Shown here: piece after piece, positions 52,097 through 64,000 of the stretch | Position numbering within the stretch: position 1 is the first letter of the stretch | Layout: each line of letters starts with the position of its first letter | Assembly (NCBI GenBank): GCA_950097015.1 | Contig: CATNEN010000011.1 | Location: forward strand, 1,054,001 to 1,118,000 | DNA length: 64,000 nt | Origin: Macrostomum hystrix | Taxonomy: Eukaryota; Animalia; Platyhelminthes | Direction: 5' to 3' | Made by a program: the position numbers and the translations under genes | Notes under the pieces: generated by a model | Told to the model about the DNA's origin: nothing | The model's input: only the letters and a program-made list of their open reading frames with translations | The model's database searches: none

Positions 52097-52232
52097 CGTA
52101 CAGCGAGAGCCACAGCTGCAGCTATTGCGCGCAGTATGTGTACTGCTGTTCAGTCCATGGACTGAAGGAGGTCGCCACGTTAACCCGAATTATTGCAACC
52201 CAGCTAATGCTGATAAACATTTTACTGGCTCA
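52097..52232 (-). mobile_element. SINE family A 3' fragment
   Basis: GCAGCTATTGCGCG...GCTGTTCAGTCCATGGACTG...CAGCTAATGCTG is shared with the full copies. Confidence 0.7.
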
Positions 52233-52431
52233 ATCGAACACGAATTGTCTCAATTCATATCCGATTCGGACTCCCGACCGAATTAAAAGAAAATGTATGC
52301 AAAAATTAGGATTATTATTTAGGATTATTCTATAGCCATCGGCAATTCAAAAGCCTACTCAAGCTCATAAGACAACTGCTCAAACTATATAAATAGTAAC
52401 TGAGCTATAGTCTAGAATACTTGTTTACAGT

Positions 52432-52853
52432 TCCCGCCTGGAGTGAGGCTGTAATTATCCTTATCGAGAGCTTCCACGTGTCTCCACCCCTCCCGCCTGG
52501 GGTGAGGCTGTAATTATCCTTATCGAGAGCTTCCACGTGTCTCCACCCCTCCCGCCTGGGGTGAGGCTGTAATTATCCTTATCGAGAGCTTCCACGTGTC
52601 TCCACCCCTCCCGCCTGGGGTGAGGCTGTAATTATCCTTATCGAGAGCTTCCACGTGTCTCCACCCCTCCCGCCTGGGGTGAGGCTGTAATTATCCTTAT
52701 CGAGAGCTTCCACGTGTCTCCACCCCTCCCGCCTGGGGTGAGGCTGTAATTATCCTTATCGAGAGCTTCCACGTGTCTCCACCCCTCCCGCCTGGGGTGA
52801 GGCTGTAATTATCCTTATCGAGAGCTTCCACGTGTCTCCACCCCTCCCGCCTG
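52432..52853. repeat. Near-perfect tandem repeat, 59-bp unit, ~7 copies
   Basis: Unit CCCGCCTGGGGTGAGGCTGTAATTATCCTTATCGAGAGCTTCCACGTGTCTCCACCCCT. Confidence 0.96.
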
Positions 52854-53039
52854 TCAACTAACTCAACAGGCCTCGCTAATCTTTAATCATAAGTTTCTAA
52901 AATAGTCAGCGACTAGTTTACTAGAGGAATTAAAGGATTATTTTTCTATTGCCTTCATAATTAATACTTGCTGCACTCCTGTGAGTATATATCAAGATTA
53001 GAAATATTTTTTAAATATTAGGACTTTGAAAATTGCGAC

Positions 53040-55095
53040 GATTAGGGATTTTAGATTCATGTAAATTGGGATTTTAGATTCCGTTGAATAGGGATTTTAG
53101 ATTCCGGTGAATTGGGATTTTAGATTCATGAAAATTGGTATTTTAGATTCCGTTGAATAGGGATTTTAGATTCCGGTGAATTGGGATTTTAGATTCATGT
53201 AAATTGGGATTTTAGATTCATGTAAATTGGGATTTTATATTCATTTAAATTGGGATTTTAGATTCATGAAAATTGGTATTTTAGATTCCGTTGAATAGGG
53301 ATTTTAGATTCCGGTGATTTAGGATTTTAGATTGCGGTGAATTTGGATTTTAGATTCATGTAAATTGGGATTTTAGATTCATGTAAATTGGGATTTTAGA
53401 TTTATGTAAATTGGGATTTTAGATTCCGGTGAATTGGAATTTTAGATTCCGGTGAATTGGGATTTTAGATTCCGGTGAATTAGGACTTTTAGATTCCAGT
53501 GAATTGGGATTTTAGCTTTATGTAAATTGGAATTTTAGATTCCGGTGAATTGGGATTTTAGATTCCGGTCAATTGGGATTTTAGATTCCGGTGAATTGGG
53601 ATTTTAGCTTTACGTAAATTGGAATTTTAGATTCCGGTGAATTGGGATTTTAGATTCATGTAAATTGGGATTTTAGATTCCGGTGAGTTGAGATTTTAGA
53701 TTCATGTAAATTAGGATTTTAGATTCATGTAAATTGGGATTTTAGATTCCGGTGAATTGGGATTTTAGATTCATGTGAATTGGGATTTTAGATTCATGTG
53801 AATTGGGATTTTAGATTCATGTGAACTGGGATTTTAGATTCATGTAAATTGGGATTTTAGATTCATGTGAATTGGGATTTTAGATTCATGTGAATTGGGA
53901 TTTTAGATTCATGTGAATTGGGATTTTAGATTCCTGTAAATTGGGATTTTAGATTCATGTAAATTGGGATTTTAGATTCCGGTGAATTGGGATTTTAGAT
54001 TCATGTAAATTGGGATTTTAGATTCATGTAAATTGGGATTTTAGATTCATGTAAATTGGGATTTTAGATTCATGTAAATTGGGATTTTAGATTCTTGTAA
54101 ATTGGGATTTTAGATTCATGTAAATTGGGATTTTAGATTCATGTAAATTGGGATTTTAGATTCATGTAAATTGGGATTTTAGATTTATGTAAATTGGGAT
54201 TTTAGATTCCGGTGAATTGGAATTTTAGATTCAGGTGAATTGGGATTTTAGATTCCGGTGAATTAGGACTTTTAGATTCCAGTGAATTGGGATTTTAGCT
54301 TTATGTAAATTGGAATTTTAGATTCCGGTGAATTGGGATTTTAGATTCCGGTGAATTGGGATTTTAGATTCCGGTGAATTGGGATTTTAGCTTTACGTAA
54401 ATTGGAATTTTAGATTCCGGTGAATTGGGATTTTAGCTTTACGTAAATTGGAATTTTAGATTCCGGTGAATTGGGATTTTAGATTCATGTAAATTGGGAT
54501 TTTAGATTCCGGTGAGTTGAGATTTTAGATTCATGTAAATTGGGATTTTAGATTCATGTAAATTGGGATTTTAGATTCCGGTGAATTGGGATTTTAGATT
54601 CATGTGAATTGGGATTTTAGATTCATGTGAACTGGGATGTTAGATTCATGTAAATTGGGATTTTAGATTCATGTGAATTGGGATTTTAGATTCATGTGAA
54701 TTGGGATTTTAGATTCATGTGAATTGGGATTTTAGATTCCTGTAAATTGGGATTTGAGATTCATGTAAATTGGGATTTTAGATTCCGGTGAATTAGGATT
54801 TTAGATTCATGTAAATTGGGATTTTAGATTCATGTAAATTGGGATTTTAGATTCATGTAAATTGGGAATTTAGATTCATGTAAATTGGGATTTTAGATTC
54901 CGGTGATTTAGGATTTTAGATTGCGGTGAATTTGGATTTTAGATTCATGTAAATTGGGATTTTAGATTCCGGTGAATTAGGATTTTAGATTCCTGTGAAT
55001 TGGGATTTTAGATTCCGGTGAATTGGGATTTTAGATTCCGGTGAATTGGGATTTTAGATTCCGGTGAATTAGGATTTTAGATTCAAGTGAATTGG
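53040..55095. repeat. Minisatellite, 23-bp unit, ~88 copies
   Basis: Unit GGGATTTTAGATTCATGTAAATT, with a CCGGTG variant. Confidence 0.96.
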
Positions 55096-55437
55096 GTGTT
55101 AATTTTCATGTCTACTATGTGTTTTTTTATTTTGATTTTCAGAAAATATATGGATCGAAATCGAATTCGAAAGAAATAGAAACTTAGACATTAACAGTAC
55201 ATACGAGAAATAATTTGTTTATTTCTTGTTTTGGCAATTGAGTTTTTTCGGTTGTTATAAAATTAAAATCAGGATTTCTGTATAATTTTTTATCGTCGAC
55301 AAATGCACTTTTTAGTATGAAAGGCTTCAGGAAGTATTTTCCAACTCAAAAATCTAACAAACACCCAAATACGAAAACGAGACCGCATATTTTTTTCAGA
55401 AAAATTCAATTTTCCCTTATGGTTTCATTTCATAAGA

Positions 55438-55704
55438 CAGGGGTCGGCAAAATTATTAGCTAGCGGGCCAAAACGAGAACCGAAAAGACGAAAGCGGGCC
55501 GCATGGATTGCAGAAACATAAGATAAATATATCAGAGATAGGGGACAGATAAGACACTGGAGAGGTGAGACACGGGAGAGGTGAGACACTGGAGAGATGA
55601 GACTGGGGAAAGATGAAACTGTAGGTGTCGGAAGGGGCAACGGGCCGGATTTGGGAGTTTTGAGGGCCACATATTGCCCGCGGGCTGGAGTTTGCCGACC
55701 CCTG
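55438..55704. mobile_element. hAT (Charlie-like) MITE, 267 bp
   Basis: 14-bp TIR CAGGGGTCGGCAAA / TTTGCCGACCCCTG and an 8-bp TSD with central TA (TCATAAGA / TCGTAGGA, 6 of 8 matching). Confidence 0.8.
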
Positions 55705-56142
55705 TCGTAGGACAAAGAAACAATTTTTGTAGCCAATTACTTCTAGAAATATAGAACGCAGGTGAAAGGCGAGAAATGAAAGGATGTGCCAGAGAAGTAC
55801 TGCGTTACATTCACTGAATAGAGCGTACAGTCATTGGCAAAGGGGAGGGCCTATGCATTTCGTTTTGACCAAGGCAGAGACAGAGAGACAAAGAGATGCG
55901 TGAGGTAACCTAAAAGCATTTGGTACCTCGAAACTGTATGATGGGCAAAAAAATGGACCACTCAGACAGACGCGGACGCTTTGAGCTATTCTGTCACGAC
56001 ATCAGCCAATCCCTGGCTTCTCAACCATTCCCCCAAGGTTTCCGTCATCCCCATTCTCCCCTTCAAAATCTCCAACGCCCCATTCTATCGGCCTCCCAGT
56101 TTAGGGGAGAAACTGAATTTGAGAATCTATTTTCATGATTTC

Positions 56143-59100
56143 ATGAGCGATGCAATTATGAGCAGCTATGAATTCGACGAGTGCAGGCCGATGATGCCAC
56201 AGTCGCCCCAGACTCACATCTATACTAGGGCGACTGGTTCGGGCAAAGCCGCTGGGACTAATCCATCTAGAACTGACAGGTCATTGCTGAAGAGGATGAT
56301 GAGACAGCAGACAATTGCTTGTTCGCCATATGGCGGCGGTGAGTGAAACACTGAATATAATTGTTTGCTAATCGTCACTTACATGTTAGCTGTTAGACTG
56401 AGTCACTTACCTGTTAGACAGAGTCACTTATTTGTTAGACAGAGTCACTTACCTGTTAGACTGAGTCACTTATTTGTTAGACAGAGTCACTTACCTGTTA
56501 GAAACGGTCATTTACCTGTTAGACAGAGTCACTTACCTGTTAGAAACGGTCATTTACCTGTTAGACAGAGTCACTTACCTGTTAGACAGAATCACTTACC
56601 TGTTAGACAGATTAACTTACCTGTTAGACAGAGTCACTTACCTGTTAGAAACGGTCATTTACCTGTTAGACAGAGTCACTTACCTGTTAGACAGAGTCAC
56701 TTACCTGTTAGAAACGGTCATTTACCTGTTAGACAGAGTCACTTACCTGTTAGAAACGGTCATTTACCTGTTAGACAGAGTCACTTACCTGTTAGACAGA
56801 GTCACTTACCTGTTAGACAGAGTCACTTACCTGTTAGACAGAGTCACTTACCTGTTAGACAGAGTCACTTACCTGTTAGACAGAGTCACTTACCTGTTAG
56901 ACAGAGTCACTTACCTGTTAGACAGAGTCACTTACCTGTTAGACAGAGTCACTTACCTGTTAGAAACGGTCATTTACCTGTTAGACAGAGTCACTTTCCT
57001 GTTAGAAACGGTCACTTACCTGTTAGACAGAGTCACTTACCTGTTAGACAGAGTCACTTACCTGTTAGACAGAGTCACTTACCTGTTAGACAGAGTCATT
57101 TACCTGTTAGACAGAGTCACTTACCTGTTAGACAGAGTCACTTTCCTGTTAGAAACGGTCATTTACCTGTTAGACAGAGTCACTTACCTGTTAGACAGAG
57201 TCACTTACCTGTTAGACAGAGTCAATTATCTGTTAGACAGAGTCACTTGCCTGTTAGAAACGGTCATTTACCTGTCAGGCAGAGTCACTTAACAGTCAGC
57301 GAAAGACAGAGTGCATCTACAAGCGAATATAATTGTCTTAACAGATTTTAGTCTATGTCTAAATTAAATTTAATGTATTTAATTTAATATGGAGGTATTT
57401 AATTCTATTCAAACCGGTTACATTTTGTTTTAACGGTATCATATTACTTTGCTTAACTAGCCTTTAATCAAAGCCTTTAATTTTTAATCATCCTTTTAAG
57501 AGATTACTTAGACACATTGTTTAATCTCTAGCTCTTTTTTCGTTGCTTTAAAATCAATGATTTTAAGGATTAAAATTCAACGGCTGGGTTGAGAAACTGA
57601 CTTAAAAGTGCATCGGCTAGTTTAATCCCCATTGTCTGATTTTCAAATCAGAACAACAAGCTTCCAAACAGTTGTTTGGCTAGTTAAACAAAAAGTTCCG
57701 ACGCGCTGTTCTCAAAGTTTTCCTGTTTTTGTGTCAAACTTAGTTTCCTCAACTGTCTAGGTTTAACCCTGATCCTCAAATCCTTCTGCTACTTTCCCAG
57801 ATCCGGAAATCCCCACCGATTCTCGCTCAGATTCTAAAATGCGTGCAACAACTCTTGTGTAAAGATTTTCACCTGTTAGACAGGAATTTTCACCTGTTGG
57901 ACAGGAATGTTCACCTGTTAGACAGGAATGTTCATCTGTTAGACAGGAATGTTCACCTGTTAGACAGGAATATTCACCTGTTAGACAGGAATGGTCTACT
58001 GTTAGACACGAATATTCACCTGTTAGACAGGAATATTCACCTGTTAGACAGGAATGTTCACCTGTTAGACAGGAATATTCACCTGTTAGACAGGAATGTT
58101 TACCTGTTAGACAGGAATGTTCACCTGTTAGACAGGAATGTTTACCTGTTAGACAGGAGTGTTCATCTGTTAGACAGGAATGTTCACCTGTTAGACAGGA
58201 ATGTTTACCTGTTAGACAGGAGTGTTCATCTGTTAGACAGGAATGTTCACCTGTTAGACAGGAATGTTCACCTGTTAGACAGGAGTGTTCATCTGTTAGA
58301 CAGGAATGTTCACCTGTTAGACAGGAATATTCACCTGTTAGACAGGAATATTCACCTGTTAGACAGGAATATTCACCTGTTAGACAGGAATATTCACCTG
58401 TTAGACAGGAATGTTTACCGTTTAGAAATAGATGTTTTTAGCATCTAGCAAATATCATTTATCTTGTTATTCATGTGTTACTGAGCACAGAAAGTTTTTG
58501 TACAAGTCATGCAAAATCATTGATCTAGTCCATATTTTTCCTACTTACGAGTACACCAATGACTTTTTTCGATAACGATTACCATCCCATTCCCAACGTG
58601 AAAGTATCAAATTTCAGTCTCTCTCTACTGTATTCTCTATTATATTTTACTTATCTAATACAAATCACCAGTTACCACGCCCATGAAAAAATTCTAGAAA
58701 ATCAAGCCTTTATATAAAGTCTTAACAGTATATTGCATGGGGATTATTGTAACGCCTTATCCTAAATATTCCTATTCGGTCGAATGTCTCGCTACAAGCT
58801 ACAAAACTACAAATCTTAGTACTCGTAAATTCCTAGATCGTACATATTCCATTCTATATCGTCGCATAATTCCCTAGTTGAGGAGAAATGACAGACATAA
58901 AATCCCGCCGTTTTTCCGGTCTGTATTTGCTATCAGAGGGATGTAGCAAAGGTACAAAGGTGTATTATGGCGAACGGCTTTAAGCTTCACAGGTAGGAAA
59001 GATGGCCGGATTAGCGCGACAGCGGAAGCTAGGGATTATCTCTTTCTAATTTTCGATCGACGGGCGGAAGGGAGTATAGCAGCACAGGTTTACAGATGTG

Positions 59101-61822
59101 CCGTAGGTCATGTGTGCAGTTACAGAAATATTCTTGAGAATAAAATTTCTAACCTGTAATAATACCTTGTTGAAATAATTAATTGAGCTGCTGAGAATCG
59201 ACGCATATGCAGTACTTTCTGCCCCCCAGACAGAGATTTTTTAAGCTCTCTAAGGTTCTTCCTTATCTCAATTATTACTTGATCATTTATTAAGTAGGAT
59301 GTCTAGTTAGGACTTATTTATTTTAATCAAATTCGCTAGTACGTCAATCCTAAATTTATGTCCAAGTTGGCTATTAATGATTAAGCTTCGCAATTTATTT
59401 AACACCCCAAGTGTCACTGAAAATAGCGTAATATAGATGCGTAGATGTGCCCGTTAACAGAACAAAGACTAGACTATCCCCCGTGGGGGATAGATATTGT
59501 TATAATATTTTATTATAAATATATAATACGAGGGGTGTCCAAAAAGTTCCCGGAATGTCCAACGTAGCTCTTCAACGGAGCCATGAAATATCACGCCCAT
59601 GGTGTCAAATGAAAGGAAATTTTGTCACAAAGAAAACAAAGACTATTGTTTTTGTCAGAGTACTGACAAAAAATACTGTGAAAGAGTCACTTAAATATTT
59701 ACTAAATTTCATTACCTTTCATTGCATAAAGGTCTACTTTACCATAAACTGGAGCTATAAGCTAAATCTGAGCTACAACAGCTTGCCTCAGCCCTTTTAA
59801 GTAGTATAATTGGAGCATTATTTGAATTGGTTCATTGGCGCACTTCACCATTACAATAATAAAATGTTATATACGCTCGTAATAACTGATAACGCGTGCC
59901 ATAATTGGGCTACAGATGTGCAGCCGACAGCCCAGCCGCAGCTATTGCGCCGCGCATCTGAAGGCTGCGTACGGCTGATCAGTCCATGGACCGGGGGTGG
60001 GGCATAAACTACCCTCAATTATGCTAGCGGATGCTGGCATCCAATTAACAGCTGGTTGAATTGAGGCAACACAGAGTTGATTGCCCTGCTAAAGGACACA
60101 TGTTGCTCTAGAGGAGTCGGGTATCGAACCTTCAATCTTGCAGTCGTGAGTTCGACCCTTTAACCACTAGGTTACAACCCCCCGTTTACTACAAATTGCG
60201 CGAGCTGTTTGGCAAAGGTTGACAAACCTTAAATTATTTTCATTTTCTAAAACATTTGTTGTCTACAGTACAATGTTTTACTTGTGACGCAGTGGCGTTC
60301 GGTTAATACTGAGCGAAATATATAAATAACACAAATGACTAGTAGACAATACTACTCGTAAGCCAAGGGCTACTAAAGTAGACTACGAGAATACTAATAA
60401 TATATATGTTACTATAGTAGTCCATACACTAAGCCTGTGGATTTCCTGTCCTATCAGGCACTTCCCCAATGTCTCCATTCGATCATTTCTAAATCTCATA
60501 TTCTCATATTTTGTCGGCAAGCTAAACATAAATGGTAGCCCGGATATTTACCAGATTCCACAATATCACACTAATGTAATATTTATTAGGCTATCAATTA
60601 CGAGTATTTGGAGGAATATTTTACTGTCGAAGTGAGTTTTTTGCACAGCTCAAGTCATGCAATAGCCAAAGTCAAAGTCATCTTCAGTGCACACACAACT
60701 CAAGTGACGAACAAACGAACTAACTAACCAGCTACAGCTCAGAACTTGGACTCTGTAGGGCACTTGGCTTCTTCTAGAAGTTGTCGAAAAAAACTGACTT
60801 CCACAGCAACCTCGCACTGCTCAGAAATTTTCACAGACATTGCCAACAAGTCTGTCAACTTCTGCTGGCCCACGCATGCAAGTGCTCAGTCCCACTAAAG
60901 TCCCACTCCAGCCAGCCAATCAGACTGGTTCCCCCCCCAGTCAAGTCTGACAGTTCCATCCCGAATTCTGTCAAATCGCAGATTCAGACTGCTCATCTGA
61001 GCTCATAGACCGCAGCGAGTCTCTGCCGGTTGACGACTTTGGCCTGAGCGACCGTCTGCGCCTCGTCAACAGGCCGACTGCCAACATCCCCATTCAGCTG
61101 CCTCATCAGTACATCCAGACTCCGACTCAGCAGCAGTTGCAGCAGCAGCAGCAGCAGCAGCTCCGATCAAGACGAAACGATCTAAAAGCCATGCGCGCCT
61201 TTAAGTCGCTCGATGCGACATCCGCCGCAGCCCAAGCGGCGTCGTCAGCTGCAGCTTCGACATCGTCAACAGCTGGCACTTCAGCCGTCTGCACTTCTAG
61301 CAGTGTTTGTCCGCCGAATCGAAAGTCGTCAAAGTCGATGGAATCTTGCGCTGAATCATCCTGCAGCTCACCGCAGGGCCAGTCGCAGGAGAGTCCGAGT
61401 AGAAACTTCACTAAAGTGCGTCGATGGCCCAGCCTGAGATCGCGTCTTGGCTCTCGACTGGGCTCATTGCGTCGACAGCAAACACTGCAGCACAATTCAT
61501 CGCTCCAGTCTCTACAGCCGCAGCAGCAGCAGCAGCAGATAAACGGGCAGCAGCAGCTGCTTCAGCATGACTCGCTAGAAAAATGCTGCGACTCGCCACA
61601 TCACGCCGACGAAACGGCGATGCTGGAGCTTGGAGGTGAAATTCCTGACGACCAGAAGCAGAGCACGTCCAGCTACCTGAAGGAACAGTTCTTTGCCTTC
61701 TTTCAGCCTTCGGACAACAAGCTGGCCATGAAATTGTTTGGCAACAAGAACGCCCTGCTCAAAGAGAAACGGCGCCAGCAGCAGTCGGGAAAATGGATCA
61801 TTCATCCGTGCAGTAACTTTCG
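56143..61822 (+). CDS. HCN: 5' part of a hyperpolarization-activated cyclic nucleotide-gated (HCN/Ih) channel; continues beyond the window
   Basis: The exon ending at 61822 encodes YLKEQFFAFFQPSDNKLAMKLFGNKNALLKEKRRQQQSGKWIIHPCSNFR, the HCN domain preceding S1. An upstream exon 56143-56338 (phase-1 GTGAGT donor) joins in frame to the acceptor at 60982; this upstream exon is less certain. Confidence 0.88.
56380..57295. repeat. Minisatellite, 21-bp unit (HCN intron 1)
   Basis: Unit CACTTACCTGTTAGACAGAGT. Confidence 0.96.
57865..58430. repeat. Minisatellite, 21-bp unit, related to 56380-57295
   Basis: Unit TCACCTGTTAGACAGGAATGT. Confidence 0.95.
59527..59554 (+). mobile_element. Solo mariner-type terminal inverted repeat (relic)
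   Basis: TA followed by CGAGGGGTGTCCAAAAAGTTCCCGGA resembles the TIR at 50654. No partner end seen. Confidence 0.4.
59904..60176 (-). mobile_element. SINE family A, second full copy (HCN intron 1)
   Basis: Colinear with 28900-29162 (GCAGCTATTGCGC..GCATCTGAAGGCTGCGTACGGCTG..CAGTCCATGGA...GCTAAAGGACACA...TCGAACC...TAACCACTAG). Confidence 0.85.
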
Positions 61823-62209
61823 GTGAGAAGGTTCAAATGTACTTTTAAATATGTACCATTACGATTAAAAAGTTTGAGTCATGCTCTTAGTAGGTAACAT
61901 GCTACAAAACTTAACTGCTTTTTTTAAAGGAAATTTCTACTCTCTTTAAACATTTCAGTATTGATTGACTATTTTCCTTTGATGTCCATATGAGGCCACC
62001 GGCATTAGCAGACCTAAATAATTGGTTAAGACTCTATTGTTTCAGATGGTTTAAAATACAATAGATTTCTCATTAAAAGTTAAAGCAATTCAAATACCTA
62101 TTAGCGCTAGAAAAGCTTCAAAGAGGAATGACTTTATTATCAATTCAACGAAATTGGCTGTATTGACCAAAGAAGCTAATGCATAGCATTTTGAGTTGGT
62201 TCTGAGACA

Positions 62210-64000
62210 ATCTAGACAGGATTCTAAAATGTTAGACTGAATTCTATGGTGTTAGACAGGATACTAAGGTGTTAGACAGGAATCTAAGGTGTTAGAAAGG
62301 ATTCTAAGGTGTTAGACAGGAATCTAAGGTGCTAGACAGGAATCTAAGGTGTTAGGTAGGAATCTAAGGTGTTAGACAGGATTCTAAAGTGTTAGACAGG
62401 AATCTAAGGTGTTAGGTAGGAATCTAAGGTGTTAGACAGGATTCTAAAGTGTTAGACAGGAATCTAAGGTGTTAGGTAGGAATCTAAGGTGTTAGACAGG
62501 ATTCTATGGTGTTAGACAGAATTCTATGGTGTTAGACAGGATTCTATGGTGCTAGACAGGATTCTATGGTGCTAGACAGGATTCTATGGTGCTAGACAGA
62601 ATTCTATGGTGTTAGACAGGATTCTATGGTGCTAGACAGGATTCTATGGTGTTAGACAGGATTCTATGGTGCTAGACAGGATTCTATGGTGCTAGACAGA
62701 ATTCTATAGTGCTAGACAGGATTCTAACGTGTTAGACAGGATTCTATGGTGTTAGACAGGATTCTAAGGTGTTAGAAAAGATTCTATGGTGTTAGACAGG
62801 ATTCTATGGTGTTAGACAGGATTCTATGGTGTTAGACAGGATTCTATGGTGTTAGACAGGATTCTAAGGTGTTAGACAGGATTCTCAGGTGCTAGACAGA
62901 ATTCTATAGTGCTAGACAGGATTCTAACGTGTTAGACAGGATTCTATGGTGTTAGACAGGATTCTAAGGTGTTAGACAGGATTCTATGGTGTTAGACAGG
63001 ATTCTATGGTGTTGGATAGGATTCTAACGTGTTAGACAGGAATCTAAGGTGTTAGAAAGGATTTTAAGGTGTTAGACAGGAATCTAAGGTGTTAGAAAGG
63101 ATTCTAAGGTGTTAGACAGGAATCTAAGGTGCTAGACAGGATTCTAAAGTGTTAGACAGGATTCTTAGATGTTCGACTGAATTTTCAGGTGTAAGACAGG
63201 ATTCTATCGGGTTTGACAGGATACTAAAATGTTAGACTGAATTCTATGTTGTTAGACAGGATCCTATAGTGTTAGACAGGAATCTAAGGTGTTAGATAGG
63301 ATTTTAAGGTGTTAGACAGGAATCTAAGGTGCTAGACAGGATTCTAAGGTGTTAGACAGGATTCTATGGTGTTAGACAGGATTCTATGGTGTTAGACAGG
63401 ATTCTATGGTGTTAGACAGAATTCTATGGTGTTAGACAGGATTCTATGGTGCTAGACAGGATTCTATGGTGCTAGACAGAATTCTATGGTGTTAGACAGG
63501 ATTCTATGATGTTAGACAGGATTCTATGGTGCTAGACAGGATTCTATGGTGCTAGACAGAATTCTATAGTGCTAGACAGGATTCTAACGTGTTAGACAGG
63601 ATTCTATGGTGTTAGACAGGATTCTAAGGTGTTAGAAAAGATTCTATGGTGTTAGACAGGATTCTATGGTGTTAGACAGGATTCTATGGTGTTAGACAGG
63701 ATTCTATGGTGCTAGACAGGATTCTATAGTGCTAGACAGGATTCTCAGGTGTTAGACAGGATTCTAAGGTGTTAGACAGGATTCTCAGGTGCTAGACAGG
63801 ATTCTATGGTGTTAGACAGGATTCTATGGTGCTAGACAGGATTCTATGGTGCTAGACAGGATTCTATGGTGCTAGACAGGATTCTCAGGTGTTAGATAGG
63901 ATTCTACTAATTAGTCTGTAAGGTGTTAGAAAGGATTCTCAGATGTTAGACAGGATTTTAACGTGTTAGACAGGATTCTATGGTGCTAGACGGGATTCTA
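62210..64000. repeat. Minisatellite, 20-bp unit (HCN intron 2), runs off the window
   Basis: Unit GTTAGACAGGATTCTATGGT. Confidence 0.96.

Noticed and set aside
56365-58448. ORFs of 328, 272 and 201 aa (HLPVRQS / LLDR repeats)
   Set aside because: Translations of 21-bp arrays inside HCN intron 1.
59474-59493. Palindrome CTATCCCCC-GT-GGGGGATAG next to CTAG as a Helitron 3' end
   Set aside because: The hairpin-to-CTAG spacing is only ~1 nt and no 5' TC end or second copy was found.

Overview
Eukaryotic (metazoan) genomic DNA with GC-rich exons containing poly-Ala/poly-Gln runs, AT-rich introns and about 35 unrelated minisatellite arrays. This style resembles a Macrostomum-type flatworm, but the taxon is an inference. 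From left to right: (1) the 3' end of a cyclic-nucleotide-binding-domain gene (+); (2) six co-oriented minus-strand housekeeping genes over ~33.5 kb, in transcription order RAB43-like, OSBPL1A/ORP1L-like lacking its lipid-binding domain, SSSCA1/ZNRD2, UBE2S, mitochondrial EARS2 and DCTN1/p150Glued; (3) a divergent calaxin/EFCAB1 gene (+); (4) an array-rich stretch with an orphan single-pass membrane ORF and a near-intact DD34D mariner; (5) the first two coding exons of an HCN channel (+). Two tRNA-derived SINE families and several MITEs (Mutator-like with 9-bp TSD, hAT-like with 8-bp TSD) are also present. The strongest leads are: the six-gene cluster looks like a trans-spliced operon; EARS2 has no ATG in its first exon but is in phase with a spliced-leader AUG; the ORP1L orthologue stops just after its FFAT-like motif; and many minisatellite units resemble amplified splice signals. 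Exon boundaries were read by hand from GT/AG context and phase consistency.
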